From a virus (Duplodnaviria > Heunggongvirae > Uroviricota > Caudoviricetes), in IMG/VR virus record IMGVR_UViG_3300037312_000757: a stretch of 64,000 nt of DNA; one strand, written 5' to 3'. Every line of letters starts with the position of its first letter. The stretch's first letter is position 1. The translations under genes and the position numbers were made by a program. Below, piece after piece: positions 28,980-38,986 of the stretch. The notes below the pieces were generated by a model. The model did not search any database and was not told the DNA's origin. It saw only the letters and a program-made list of their open reading frames with translations.

Positions 28980-29767
28980 TATTTCTTCTTCGCTTTAGGC
29001 ATCTTTGGCGCAAGCGTCTTAGCGGCACCAGTGCGTGGGTTAATAAAATCTTTCTTGAAGTTGACTTCCTGTGTGGAGAAGTTGCCTGTTGGCATAACTT
29101 CAACCGCTTCCTTGTCAGCCTTCTCTACCTTTGGTGTCTCGATGTCAGCATTGAAATCAGATGCAACTTGCACTGGTTCTTGGCTGTCCTTTGGCATTTC
29201 CAACCAACCAAACAATGGCGCAGGAGCATCAAACTTTGTTGGCTTGCGTGAATCTTCTACGCCTTTGAGTGCATCAAGGAAACGACTAGTGTATGAGTTA
29301 CCAAAGTAGTTTTGACCGTCAGCAGTTTGTTCGCTTTCTGGATATTGTGAGTCAGTACCCAAAAGTGGTGCTGGCTTCATGTCTTTCTTTTCAGCCGCTT
29401 CTTCAACTTCCGCCTTCTGGTTCATCAGCTTAGTTTCGATTTCGATTGGTTCGTTTGCACCACGAACAACAATTGAACCACCAGGAACACCAAGCAGAGT
29501 ACGCAATTCTTCTGTAGCCACATAGCTGCTCAGAGGAAATGCGGTCTCGAAGTCGATCATGAAGACTTCGGCATTTTGAACGTTAGGAAAGTCGAGAGGC
29601 GCCTTCTGAAGAATTGTCTTGAAGGGACTTGAGATATCGACCAATTTGAAGCGTTGCAGGTAACCTTCAATGCGAGCCAGTGTGTAACGGTCGCTGAAGT
29701 CCACAACGGCTTTCATACGGTACTTGTATGTCTTAGTGCTTTCTTCCAAGTAGTGTCTGAAATTCAT
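28979..29767 (-). CDS. Putative head-associated protein (leader MNFRHYLEE)
   Basis: Late promoter core at 29795; capsid-targeting-like leader. Confidence 0.65.
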   Translation of the reverse strand: MNFRHYLEESTKTYKYRMKAVVDFSDRYTLARIEGYLQRFKLVDISSPFKTILQKAPLDFPNVQNAEVFMIDFETAFPLSSYVATEELRTLLGVPGGSIVVRGANEPIEIETKLMNQKAEVEEAAEKKDMKPAPLLGTDSQYPESEQTADGQNYFGNSYTSRFLDALKGVEDSRKPTKFDAPAPLFGWLEMPKDSQEPVQVASDFNADIETPKVEKADKEAVEVMPTGNFSTQEVNFKKDFINPRTGAAKTLAPKMPKAKKK

Positions 29768-29805
29768 TCGGAGTCTCCGGAGCTATAATCCTTGTATTTA
29801 TTGGA

Positions 29806-30342
29806 TTAGTCACCACGCAAGCGGCGAATCAATTCATTGCGATCTTCGATCACTACACTACCAGTATCCAGAGCACCGCTGTTAGATTCGCTATCATTTT
29901 CACCACGGGCTTTACGTTCAACGATATCGATCTTCTGTTGTTCTTGTTCCAGCTTTGTCTTGTCAAACTGAGCTTTACGCTTTGAGTTCTTCGCCTCAAT
30001 CGCAATCTTGTACATGTTGGCTGCGTTTTCGAAGATACGACCAGCTGAGCGAGTATCAACGTTATAACCCAGATCCATGAGATCGCGTGCGTGTTGCAGA
30101 GTCTCACCATAGACAACATCCATGCTATCGGCATGGTCTTTTGCTTGTGCATCTTCAGCAACTTGTGGTGGCAGAGCGCCGGCCCCTAGAGCCGCGCCCA
30201 GTTGCATTGCCATTTGATCCTGATCATCTTCAGGAATGTCTTGTTCCGGTTCTGCGTTTACTGCCGCTGTATCTTGAGCGCTGGTTCTCAGCAGGTTCTC
30301 AAGTGTAGGCAGATCCAACGCTTCTTGGATTTTCTTACTCAT
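29806..30342 (-). CDS. Probable terminase small subunit (gp16-like)
   Basis: Helical ARDLMDLG...RIFENAA core, size and position near gp4/gp17. Confidence 0.45.
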   Translation of the reverse strand: MSKKIQEALDLPTLENLLRTSAQDTAAVNAEPEQDIPEDDQDQMAMQLGAALGAGALPPQVAEDAQAKDHADSMDVVYGETLQHARDLMDLGYNVDTRSAGRIFENAANMYKIAIEAKNSKRKAQFDKTKLEQEQQKIDIVERKARGENDSESNSGALDTGSVVIEDRNELIRRLRGD

Positions 30343-30782
30343 TTCTTACCAGTATGGAATAGCTGGTCCTCGGTGAGGACACGGAAAGTTAAACCGTTTT
30401 TGTGGCACCATGCCATGGCAGCGGCCCACTTGGCCTTGTTCACTGCCAATACTGCTTTATCACGTTTACTCTTGGCGCGATCATCATACGCTTCCTTTGC
30501 TGGCTTGATTTCAACGAGTTCAGCACGTTTGTTGCCGTTCTTATCAGTGAAAACGATCAGCAAATCTGGAATGTAGAATGTCCACTTGCCTGTGAGTGGA
30601 TGCATATATGGGATTGTGATACTTTCACTTGCCCATTGTGAAACATTTGGATGTGCATCCAAAACACGAAATACGGACAATTCCCATGAGGAACGGTACG
30701 CAATCGGATATTTACCGATATACTTACCAGGATTCACAGGTGTGTATTCACCTTGACTATATTTTGTACTCATGTTGATCAA
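30339..30782 (-). CDS. Head completion nuclease (T4 gp4, TnsA-like)
   Basis: YRSSWE, WASESITIPY, YIPD, VEIKP, NKAKWAAA. Confidence 0.9.
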   Translation of the reverse strand: MINMSTKYSQGEYTPVNPGKYIGKYPIAYRSSWELSVFRVLDAHPNVSQWASESITIPYMHPLTGKWTFYIPDLLIVFTDKNGNKRAELVEIKPAKEAYDDRAKSKRDKAVLAVNKAKWAAAMAWCHKNGLTFRVLTEDQLFHTGKK

Positions 30783-32191
30783 CCATAATTTGACGGATCA
30801 TCAAAACCGCCGGTAGGTGTAGACAAAACACCGACTTGAGCACCAACTGGACTTGCCGCATTAATCGCACCGAGCATTGCATTGCTTGGAGCCAAACCGG
30901 AAGAAGTAGTACCAGATGCGACGTTGCTCACTGGGGTTTTGCCAGACAGCGCAGCAGATGTTGCAGCCGCAGCAATGCCTTGAAGAGTTGACGTTGGAGC
31001 ATTTGAACTAACAAACTTACCAAGCACACCTAATGACTGACCGTATGTTGATGCTGGAATCTGGTTTTGACCAATCGTGCTGAGTGATGCCAATGCAGCA
31101 GATGGGTTACGCGAGATACCATTAATCAACTGATTTGAGAAGCTTGCACCAGAGAAGCTGCCATTCATGATACCAGGAATAGCACCAGCAACAGCGCCAC
31201 TCAATGGATTGTTCTGGCCAAATACCGCCGTACCGAATGAACCGAGAATACCCGAACCAATTGTCTTTGCTGCGTTTCCAAGTTGGCCTGTACCACCAGG
31301 CGCAAGGAATGTTGCAGCCAAGCCCAAGAGCGATGAACCCAAGTTGGTTGAAGATGCAAGGCCGGTTGATTTCGCGTAGTCACCAGGAGCGCCATCACCA
31401 GGAATGTAGTTCGGAACTACGAACGGGTCGTAAGCTGGATTCAGCTTCTTCATCCATGAACTCAGGAATGCATTCGATGATATCGATGCAGGCAAGTTCT
31501 GGTTCTGATACTGAATAGCTTCGTATTCGACCGTCATGTCGATACCATGGAAATCTGAGTGTTCACTCTCGAATGCGTCAGGATCAAACGATGAAATCTT
31601 TGGGTTAATCAAATCAAACTGCATGTATTCACCAGCATAGAACTGGTAGCATTCGATTCTGTCAAAGAAGTAAGCCGTCTTGGATAGATCTGAAACTGAG
31701 TCAAAGCCAAGATTAGGAGAAAAACCGAAACCGTTTTCCGTACCCTGGAATTGGGCAGCAGTTACGTCATATGACCAAGCCTGACCTGTACTCTGGCGGA
31801 AGTCACCAAAGTAGAAATTTGTGTATTCATACCACATTTGCTGAACAGCAGCATCAATGGTATCGTAGAACGAGATTTTACAAGGGCTGTACTTGACGCC
31901 TGTTTGAACCAATCGTTTCTTGTTGTACTGATTGAGTTCTTGGATTTGCGGTGTAATCTTTGGACGATCAAACGTTCGCACGGCAAAAGACATTCCGTCA
32001 GCCCATGTTGGACTGCCAGAACCACTTGCGCGGACAAAACGCACCATGAACAGATAACGGGGGCGTGGTGCCCCCGCATAGTTCTGAGCATTTGCGTTGA
32101 ACGCCTGTTGGTTTTGACCAAAGACTGTCGCCGCATCCCCGGACCCGGCGAAAATAACCGGGTTACCGAAATTGTCAGTTCTTGTTGCCAT
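30779..32191 (-). CDS. Tail-tube-fold baseplate/tube initiator (gp48/gp54-like) with Gly/Ala/Ser-rich tail
   Basis: DRPKITP...NQYNKKR...ISFYD tube-like N-domain; next to tube gene. Confidence 0.6.
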   Translation of the reverse strand: MATRTDNFGNPVIFAGSGDAATVFGQNQQAFNANAQNYAGAPRPRYLFMVRFVRASGSGSPTWADGMSFAVRTFDRPKITPQIQELNQYNKKRLVQTGVKYSPCKISFYDTIDAAVQQMWYEYTNFYFGDFRQSTGQAWSYDVTAAQFQGTENGFGFSPNLGFDSVSDLSKTAYFFDRIECYQFYAGEYMQFDLINPKISSFDPDAFESEHSDFHGIDMTVEYEAIQYQNQNLPASISSNAFLSSWMKKLNPAYDPFVVPNYIPGDGAPGDYAKSTGLASSTNLGSSLLGLAATFLAPGGTGQLGNAAKTIGSGILGSFGTAVFGQNNPLSGAVAGAIPGIMNGSFSGASFSNQLINGISRNPSAALASLSTIGQNQIPASTYGQSLGVLGKFVSSNAPTSTLQGIAAAATSAALSGKTPVSNVASGTTSSGLAPSNAMLGAINAASPVGAQVGVLSTPTGGFDDPSNYG

Positions 32192-32195
32192 TCAA

Positions 32196-32783
32196 TTAAC
32201 CAAGCATTGAGCCGGTCAGCAATTGAACTGTTGTTGGCATCAAGCCACCGCTCTGTGTTGCGTTGTCGTAACGGACAGTCATTGTGATTGTCATGAATTC
32301 TGAGCTTGAGTACTCGAACTCGTCGTATTCGACGTCAGCCAAGAAGCAGCCTTCCAGGTACCATTGTTCCAGAACAGTGTCATCACCACCGTCCAGAGTT
32401 TCAATGTACATGTTGAACTTGTAGTTGATACCAGCCAATGCACTTGTTTGATCGAAGTGGTTCAGCTGTTTCTGAACTTGGTAACCAACCAGTGTTGAAA
32501 CTGAGTTAGTAACGTCGTCACGAACCTTCAGACTGAGCGTTTCGAACTGGCCCTTGCCAGGGTAGTACATTGTTGAGTTGTATGAGTGTACAGCTACTGG
32601 TTCGTGTGAAATCTTTGGGCGCCCAACAGAAACGACCTGTTGTGACAGCTCTGTACCACCTTGCAGTGGACCAAAGTTAATTACACGGACACGGAACTTG
32701 TACTTTGCCTTTGGTTGCAGAATACCACCACGGCCAGCACCGCTACCAAGTGGCACACCAAAGCGTGAAAGTGTAGAAGACAT
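32196..32783 (-). CDS. Tail tube protein (gp19-like)
   Basis: TATAAATA at 32822-32815, GGAGG RBS, EQWYLEGCF...ITMTVRYD. Confidence 0.88.
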   Translation of the reverse strand: MSSTLSRFGVPLGSGAGRGGILQPKAKYKFRVRVINFGPLQGGTELSQQVVSVGRPKISHEPVAVHSYNSTMYYPGKGQFETLSLKVRDDVTNSVSTLVGYQVQKQLNHFDQTSALAGINYKFNMYIETLDGGDDTVLEQWYLEGCFLADVEYDEFEYSSSEFMTITMTVRYDNATQSGGLMPTTVQLLTGSMLG

Positions 32784-32857
32784 ATCGTCCCTCCAAAGTT
32801 GGATATCCAACTCGTATTTATAGGAGAACGATATAGACGCAGATAATTCAGATGAAA

Positions 32858-33085
32858 GTGCTCATGGTTTCCTCCACTACGTATTGGAGGCGGTTTTCTT
32901 GCCGACCGGACAGGCAAACCATGAACATGTCCTAGTGGCCTATGCGTGTAATCTCACGCGTGCTTTTCTACCCCTCAGAGCTACCCGAGACCTACCATTG
33001 CGCGGACGGCTTCCGCAGCCTAGTCACCAGTAGAAAGCTTTATAGGTTCAGGACATACGTCCTTTGACCACTAGCTTTACAGCTT
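32858..33085 (-). ncRNA. Candidate ~230-nt multi-helix structured RNA
   Basis: TTGATT-N17-TAATAT upstream; about eight helices with G-U pairs favouring the - strand; no credible ORF. Confidence 0.6.
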
Positions 33086-33123
33086 CGTGTATATTAGCGA
33101 TTAGCTAATTGCCAATCAATATT

Positions 33124-33453
33124 TTATTTCAATCTTGTGACTTCCATCGCCACTTCAATTCTGCGTCTAGTGGTAGTAGTCATACGATATGACTTCATAA
33201 CCTCAACTGGCAGGAAATAAAAGGTACGGACCTTTTTCTTGGTACCAATTGGGGGAAATGCATTACGGATTCCACCCTTCATCAGAGTGTGGTAACTGCG
33301 CCAGTATGCTCGAGATTCAGTGTATCCCTTGTTGCGAATGATTCCGCTGAAACGGCGGAAGACTTCAGCATGATCCTCAGCCTCCACCAAATATGTGGTG
33401 GTTGGCAGATCAATGTTGTGAAATCTAACCTTGAAATTTCTTGTAGTTTTCAT
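33124..33453 (-). CDS. Small basic (Arg/Lys-rich) hypothetical protein
   Basis: ORF between sheath terminator and the RNA candidate; start chosen after the terminator. Confidence 0.55.
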   Translation of the reverse strand: MKTTRNFKVRFHNIDLPTTTYLVEAEDHAEVFRRFSGIIRNKGYTESRAYWRSYHTLMKGGIRNAFPPIGTKKKVRTFYFLPVEVMKSYRMTTTTRRRIEVAMEVTRLK

Positions 33454-33465
33454 ACCTGAAATGAT

Positions 33466-33501
33466 AAAAGCTCCGCCAATTATATGCAATTGGCGGAGCT
33501 T
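33466..33501 (-). terminator. Terminator after tail sheath
   Basis: AAGCTCCGCCAATT...AATTGGCGGAGCTT plus T-tract on - strand. Confidence 0.8.
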
Positions 33502-33523
33502 CGTGTTGCTTAAAATTCAGCTA

Positions 33524-36403
33524 TTAGTGTGTCGCACCAGTATTCTGGATACGGACTGGCAAGTAGATGAATTCGATTGACTTGATTGGCTGGATGTAGA
33601 TATCGCACCACAATTCATTTGCGTCAATACGTGCTGGTGTGTTGTTTGTTGTATCGCAAACCACAGCATAGTCATTCAGCGCTTGCAGACCAACCAGGCC
33701 ACTCAGGAAGCGGTCAATTGCTGTCTTGAACGCATCACGTGTTTGCTGGTCATTCTGTTCGAACAGGAATGGCTTAGCAACCAGATCCAATTGATACTGC
33801 AGGTAAGCACAGAGACGTGAAACGTTCACACGATCTGTTGCTTCTGATGTTGGATCCAGTGTCTTCTGACCGTACACAACCAAACCGCGGTTTGGAATGT
33901 AAGCGATCGGGTTGATGCGGTTTTCGTACAGCGTATCACGTTGACCTGGGTTCAGGATAACTGTTGTGAACTCGTCATTGTTTGTTGAATCCAAGTAACC
34001 AACTGATGTTGCGTTTGAAACCAGACCACGCGTAAAGCCCGCTGGAGCAAACCATGGGTAAGCGATTTGGTCGTTGTACGCATATGTGTACAGTGCGATT
34101 GTTGATGGTGGAACCACAACGTTTGAACCGTCAATGTTTGTGCTGTAACCCCATGGGTAGTACAGAGCAACATGTGAGTTCTTTGTTACCAGACCATCAT
34201 CACCGTCTGTCGCCACATTGTTTGTATTTGATGCCCAACGTGAGACTGATGTGCTATCTGGCGCCAAACGTGCTGGTGTATCACCAACTACGAATGCCAC
34301 ATTCTTACAATCCGTGTTCAATGTGACCATGTCGCTCAGCAGTTCAACATAGCCTGGGCAAGCGATCAGGTTGAAATGCACAACTTCAGAACGGATGTCC
34401 TGGTTGCTTACAAACTGAGCTGCCAATGCCTTCACGATCATCTGGCGTTGTGCCTTACGGCCCATGTATGGGGAACCGTCAGTCTTGTTACCAGATGCTG
34501 TAACCCAACGACCAGCTGATGCAACCGCTGGGAATGTAGTGTCACCCACATCGTATGAGTTTTGTGTGAAGTCTGAAGCTGTTTCGAAACCACCCTTCTT
34601 GAACCAGTTTGGCTTCCATTCCTTCACGTTATATGTTGAGTAACGTGTGTTGAACAGCATCATGCCCAGTGGGTATGTACGTGCATCTGGAGCATCTGGA
34701 TCACAGTAAGCTGACAGTGTCAGGTCACCAGCTGCTGTTGAGTTGAATTGATAGTTTGAACCAGCACCTTGGTATGATGGACCGCTGTTTGCACGGGCAT
34801 CAGCAAATACCACACCGTATGGTGATGTCTGGTCGGCGTTGTCTACCAATGTCCACTCAGCGGTTGCTGCGGTGTAACGATAGATTGCTGGGTAGTTCTC
34901 TGTATCTGATGTGTCGATCCACAGGTCATTATCAACCAGGATTGTACCGTCACTTTGCAGTGATGGTTGTGAACCTGCCAGAATTACGCCCTTTGGATCT
35001 GTATTTGGATACAATGTGCGGTAACCAACCCAACGTTCACCATCTTGGTTAACCATCATGTCAACCTTGAAGTCTGTGTTGTACCAGAAAGTACCTTCAG
35101 CTGGTGTTGTTGTTGGTGCTGTTGCGCTTTGTTCAAATACCAGGTCGTTCCATGATGCGCCATCGTACATACGCAAATCGAAACTTGCTGTAGCGTAGCC
35201 ATTCAGTGGAGCGGCATTGTACTTTACGTACACTGAGTACGCTACCAGACCAGTAATTGAAGTTGAAGCTGTTGTGTCATCTGCGTACAGACCAACTGTC
35301 TTAGTTGTCCATGCACCTGATGATGTGCTGTACTGCTTAACAACGTAGTTCGCACCTTGGTTTGGTGTTGTTGTCTTGATCCAAACGTCACCCTGTGTGC
35401 TGCCTTGTGGAATCTTGTTGTTTGGCGCAAATGTGAGCTTGACGCTCTTAAATGTGCCAGCTGTCAGACCCATGAAAGCCAGTGGTGTGTTTGTGCTGTT
35501 AGCCAGAACCATATCAACAGCGTATGACAGGATGATTCGACCAGATGAGTCATATGATGCTGTGATCAGACCAGTTTGGTTTGAACCACCAATTGCTGTG
35601 TTGATTGCTGTAACGATACCAGCAGCAGATTGATCTGAACCAATAACGACTGCAACACCGTTAATTGTGAATGAGTCACCGTTTGCTACTGTTGCTGATG
35701 TTGAACCAGCTGGTGCTGATGCACGCAGAATGTTCTTCGCCAGTGTCCACGCCTTGGAACCAATTGGGTACCAAGAGCTAACGTTGTTTGTATTGATGCG
35801 CTCAAACATCACGAATGGTGCATTAGCTGTCACAATACCGAAGTCACCGTCCTGACCCAGTGTCGCGAGAGGGTAGCCGTTGCTATCGAGCTCTGATGCG
35901 TCACCATACACTGTGACTGCCTTAACGTTGAATGGGTTCAGGCTTGTGTCGCCTGAGCTTTGGAAAGCACCAAACAGAGTGTCAGCAGTGTCAAACCAGA
36001 AAGTACCATTAACTGGCGCGCCAGCTGGTGCTACTTCATTTGGTGACAGTTGAGCTAGGTCGATATCAGCGCGGAGTGCATAAATGCTGTTGCTGATGCC
36101 AAGATATTGATAAGCGGCGTGCAAGCCGAATTCGTTAAGTTCGGAACCGTAAACTGTTGTCCCGTTAACTGAGTCGAAATGTGGATTACCGAATGTCTGA
36201 ATTAGCTCACGTTGGCTAGTGATGTTGTACAACTGGCCAGCAGTACCCGGAACAGTACCAGGAGCTACGCCTGAACCTGTTGGGGAAGCTTTGTTTTCTT
36301 CTGTTGCGAAAACAATCAGAGGGACGGTACCAGTACCGGACGAAGTATAAAATGACTCGTCCGTAATCTCGACGTCTACGCCGGGACTGAGCAATGTTGC
36401 CAT
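33524..36403 (-). CDS. Tail sheath protein (gp18-like) with large inserted domains
   Basis: LLSPGV, YPWFAPAGFTRG, RINPI, GQKTL, RVNVSRL, IQPIKSIEFIY. Confidence 0.95.
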   Translation of the reverse strand: MATLLSPGVDVEITDESFYTSSGTGTVPLIVFATEENKASPTGSGVAPGTVPGTAGQLYNITSQRELIQTFGNPHFDSVNGTTVYGSELNEFGLHAAYQYLGISNSIYALRADIDLAQLSPNEVAPAGAPVNGTFWFDTADTLFGAFQSSGDTSLNPFNVKAVTVYGDASELDSNGYPLATLGQDGDFGIVTANAPFVMFERINTNNVSSWYPIGSKAWTLAKNILRASAPAGSTSATVANGDSFTINGVAVVIGSDQSAAGIVTAINTAIGGSNQTGLITASYDSSGRIILSYAVDMVLANSTNTPLAFMGLTAGTFKSVKLTFAPNNKIPQGSTQGDVWIKTTTPNQGANYVVKQYSTSSGAWTTKTVGLYADDTTASTSITGLVAYSVYVKYNAAPLNGYATASFDLRMYDGASWNDLVFEQSATAPTTTPAEGTFWYNTDFKVDMMVNQDGERWVGYRTLYPNTDPKGVILAGSQPSLQSDGTILVDNDLWIDTSDTENYPAIYRYTAATAEWTLVDNADQTSPYGVVFADARANSGPSYQGAGSNYQFNSTAAGDLTLSAYCDPDAPDARTYPLGMMLFNTRYSTYNVKEWKPNWFKKGGFETASDFTQNSYDVGDTTFPAVASAGRWVTASGNKTDGSPYMGRKAQRQMIVKALAAQFVSNQDIRSEVVHFNLIACPGYVELLSDMVTLNTDCKNVAFVVGDTPARLAPDSTSVSRWASNTNNVATDGDDGLVTKNSHVALYYPWGYSTNIDGSNVVVPPSTIALYTYAYNDQIAYPWFAPAGFTRGLVSNATSVGYLDSTNNDEFTTVILNPGQRDTLYENRINPIAYIPNRGLVVYGQKTLDPTSEATDRVNVSRLCAYLQYQLDLVAKPFLFEQNDQQTRDAFKTAIDRFLSGLVGLQALNDYAVVCDTTNNTPARIDANELWCDIYIQPIKSIEFIYLPVRIQNTGATH

Positions 36404-36478
36404 GTGGGTATCCTCCAAAAATTACTTTGTAGAGTATTTATCTGGAGTTACCCGAAACTGCGCACTTCTTACATTAAG

Positions 36479-37069
36479 TTAGCTGTTTATTTGTAATGGC
36501 GTGTAACCCATAAGCGCCCTAATCGCCTGTTTGCCAGCTTGGTTGAGATCGCGAGTACCCACACCCGCCCATATACCGGAAGGGGATGGTGGTGCCTCTA
36601 TTGCTGTCCAATCACTATGTTCGCGCTTGTACCAGACTTCCTCGTCTTGGTCGAACACGTAGCACTCAGGATTTTCGGGGTGGAGATCCAGATACATCTG
36701 CGTGGCCCATGCCGTGCCACCCTGAACCTTGCCTTTCTTGATCGTTGATACCGCATAGACTGAATTCGAATTACCAACTTGATAATAATTGCGACGCAGC
36801 AGGTTGATAACCCATGGTTTGTCGAATGGTAGCTTTCGCTCCAAACTTACATTGGCTACCTTCAAATGCTCGTCAGCCAAGATCAACAAATCATAAGGAA
36901 TACGAACTAACTCAGTTTCCGGAGCATCGCTTTTATGACCGTCGAAACTCCAGTGAATAACTTGGTGACCGGCCATACCAGCGCACATTCCCCACTGCAA
37001 ATCTGCGCCAATGGCTCCGCCTGACATACAGACATTCGCGTTATCAAAAACATTTACGGCAACTTGCAT
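36479..37069 (-). CDS. SLOG/DprA-like nucleotide-binding protein
   Basis: SGGAIGAD, RRNY, GGTAWA, GVGTR. Confidence 0.6.
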   Translation of the reverse strand: MQVAVNVFDNANVCMSGGAIGADLQWGMCAGMAGHQVIHWSFDGHKSDAPETELVRIPYDLLILADEHLKVANVSLERKLPFDKPWVINLLRRNYYQVGNSNSVYAVSTIKKGKVQGGTAWATQMYLDLHPENPECYVFDQDEEVWYKREHSDWTAIEAPPSPSGIWAGVGTRDLNQAGKQAIRALMGYTPLQINS

Positions 37070-37695
37070 ATAGTTTTAACTCGTTGATGCAACTCTTCAG
37101 CAGGACAGTCATTTTCTACGACATAGTCGATCAATGGACTACCAATCCAAGCCCACTCACTTATGTGAACATCCTTGTAAGTGGTCATCATTTGATCGAA
37201 GTATTCATCATGACTATCTCGATCAGGAATATTTGCCCACTCGGCAATGTCATACCACACTGGTTCTGGGCCACGCTTTATTCGAATAATACCGCCACCC
37301 AAATCCTTGATCATTTTCATCTCATTGGGGAAGCGACAATCAGTAATCACCCAGTCACCACCAGTCTTTCTGATCTGATTCTCGACTGCGTAGATCCAGA
37401 TATTGTCGTTGAAATGGTTCCTGATTGTATCAGTACCGATTTGTTGGAATGCGCGCCGTGGACTGAAGCCGGGACGTCTCAGCTTTTCAGCCCACCACAA
37501 ATCTGTTTCTTCGCGCTTTAGACGACTCTCAATGTCAGTGCCCTCAAGCATTTGTCGATCCCAACCAAATATGGCTGCGCAACAATCCTTGAGAACACCA
37601 GCAAATGAGGTCCTTTGATATCCTTGTTCGACCAAGGGCTGTGATGCAGTATCTTTACCTGAGCCTTTGAAGCCCACGAAACCAATAATTTTCAT
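37054..37695 (-). CDS. Deoxynucleoside monophosphate kinase (T4 gp1-like)
   Basis: GFKGSGKDT, PRRAFQQIGTD, ITDCRFPNE, HISE. Confidence 0.92.
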   Translation of the reverse strand: MKIIGFVGFKGSGKDTASQPLVEQGYQRTSFAGVLKDCCAAIFGWDRQMLEGTDIESRLKREETDLWWAEKLRRPGFSPRRAFQQIGTDTIRNHFNDNIWIYAVENQIRKTGGDWVITDCRFPNEMKMIKDLGGGIIRIKRGPEPVWYDIAEWANIPDRDSHDEYFDQMMTTYKDVHISEWAWIGSPLIDYVVENDCPAEELHQRVKTICKLP

Positions 37696-37745
37696 ATGTC
37701 CCTTTGTTGTAATTTTTATGGGAAATTGGTTTCATGATACTGCTC

Positions 37746-38306
37746 TTACTTCAAGTCTTCAATAAACGTACCAAGATGGATAAATTGCTCGTAGCCATCA
37801 AGCAGTTTGATACGCATTGCCGCGTCATCATCAAATAGCACAATCCAGTCGCCTACTTTTTTGTAGGTTCTTGAGCTACAGCCCAGTTCAGTCAGACGTT
37901 CACGAAAAGCTTTGTAGTCCTCCTTGACCTGTACCAGATATTTGGCACCTTCAAACTTGGGGGTGCTTGTGACTTTTTGCCACAGACAAAAGAAGGGATA
38001 GCCATATTTTGTCATGATTGCGACTCGCAGTTTCATTGCTGCAATCGCGTCCTCTGTAGGGATTTCATTGAGGACTTCTGTCGTGTTATCGGGATTTACT
38101 TCCTCGATCACCACCAAACTTGCGAGTGTGGGAGTTCGACCGTTGATATTTCGAATTCTAATTCTTGAACGATCGATATCAAAAGCGGCGTCCAAAGCTG
38201 ATTTGAAAACCTTGCCACTCAGACTAAAGACGCCACCGTGTCCATTCCAGTATTCGCTTGTTTCCTTGTGTTTTACCTTAAATGCGCGTTTAGCCAATTT
38301 CTCCAA
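37746..38306 (-). CDS. Hypothetical protein with family A-like C-terminus
   Basis: VLFDDDAAMRIKL. Confidence 0.65.
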   Translation of the reverse strand: MEKLAKRAFKVKHKETSEYWNGHGGVFSLSGKVFKSALDAAFDIDRSRIRIRNINGRTPTLASLVVIEEVNPDNTTEVLNEIPTEDAIAAMKLRVAIMTKYGYPFFCLWQKVTSTPKFEGAKYLVQVKEDYKAFRERLTELGCSSRTYKKVGDWIVLFDDDAAMRIKLLDGYEQFIHLGTFIEDLK

Positions 38307-38553
38307 AATCCTTCTCGAATGGCTCTGATGCCAGCCACAGCTTGAAGGCTACCATATCGGTCTGCTCTTCGAAGATGAAGAGATGCTTGCCGCTGCCTTC
38401 GTCCATGTGGTACCAGTAGCCTTGCGTCGCATTATACAAATGCTTTTCCGCAATCTCAAAAAGGAACTTCGGCCACGTTTCCTGACGGACACGCATCCAC
38501 TGAAAAGGTGGCTTCAGATCGTGCCACTCTTCAGAAGTGAGTCGCTTACCCAT
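38290..38553 (-). CDS. Small paralog family A
   Basis: FIFEEQTDMVAFKLW; GGGGGA RBS before MGKRL. Confidence 0.7.
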   Translation of the reverse strand: MGKRLTSEEWHDLKPPFQWMRVRQETWPKFLFEIAEKHLYNATQGYWYHMDEGSGKHLFIFEEQTDMVAFKLWLASEPFEKDFGEIG

Positions 38554-38956
38554 TGTTGTCCCCCAGTAGTTCACGAATCTTGTTGTATTCGTCTAGCACA
38601 CGCTGGCCGTCTGCTCGTGTCATTACGCGACACGAGAAGAAGCACGGATAGCCGTTGATCGAACGCGGACCAGCTTCGCTGTAGTATTCGTAGAATACGT
38701 CGATTTCATCTGTCTGCCACTGCTTCAGGGTGATCGGGTCCGCGAAAATCAGAACCATGAACACCGACATCAGCATTTGCTGGCGATGATTTTGATGGAT
38801 TTGGAAGCTGAAGAAGACCTCGTTGCGGTAAAGCTCTTTTGCAAGCTTCTTCACTGCTTCGTCGGTCAGGGGAATGTAAGAGCTGCCCGTGATCGCACCT
38901 TCTTCGATTTCGGGAGGGGCGTCATTGTATTCAGGGCTTCGTTCTTCAGACATCAC
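38546..38956 (-). CDS. Hypothetical protein
   Basis: AAGGA RBS; own promoter. Confidence 0.7.
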   Translation of the reverse strand: MMSEERSPEYNDAPPEIEEGAITGSSYIPLTDEAVKKLAKELYRNEVFFSFQIHQNHRQQMLMSVFMVLIFADPITLKQWQTDEIDVFYEYYSEAGPRSINGYPCFFSCRVMTRADGQRVLDEYNKIRELLGDNNG

Positions 38957-38986
38957 GCATCCTTTCTTAAATGATTAGATGCGTGA

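Noticed and set aside
32905-32935. c-di-GMP-I riboswitch (GGCAAACC on plus strand)
   Set aside because: The following GNRA stem and GACGCAAAG elements are absent, and G-U pairs favour the minus strand
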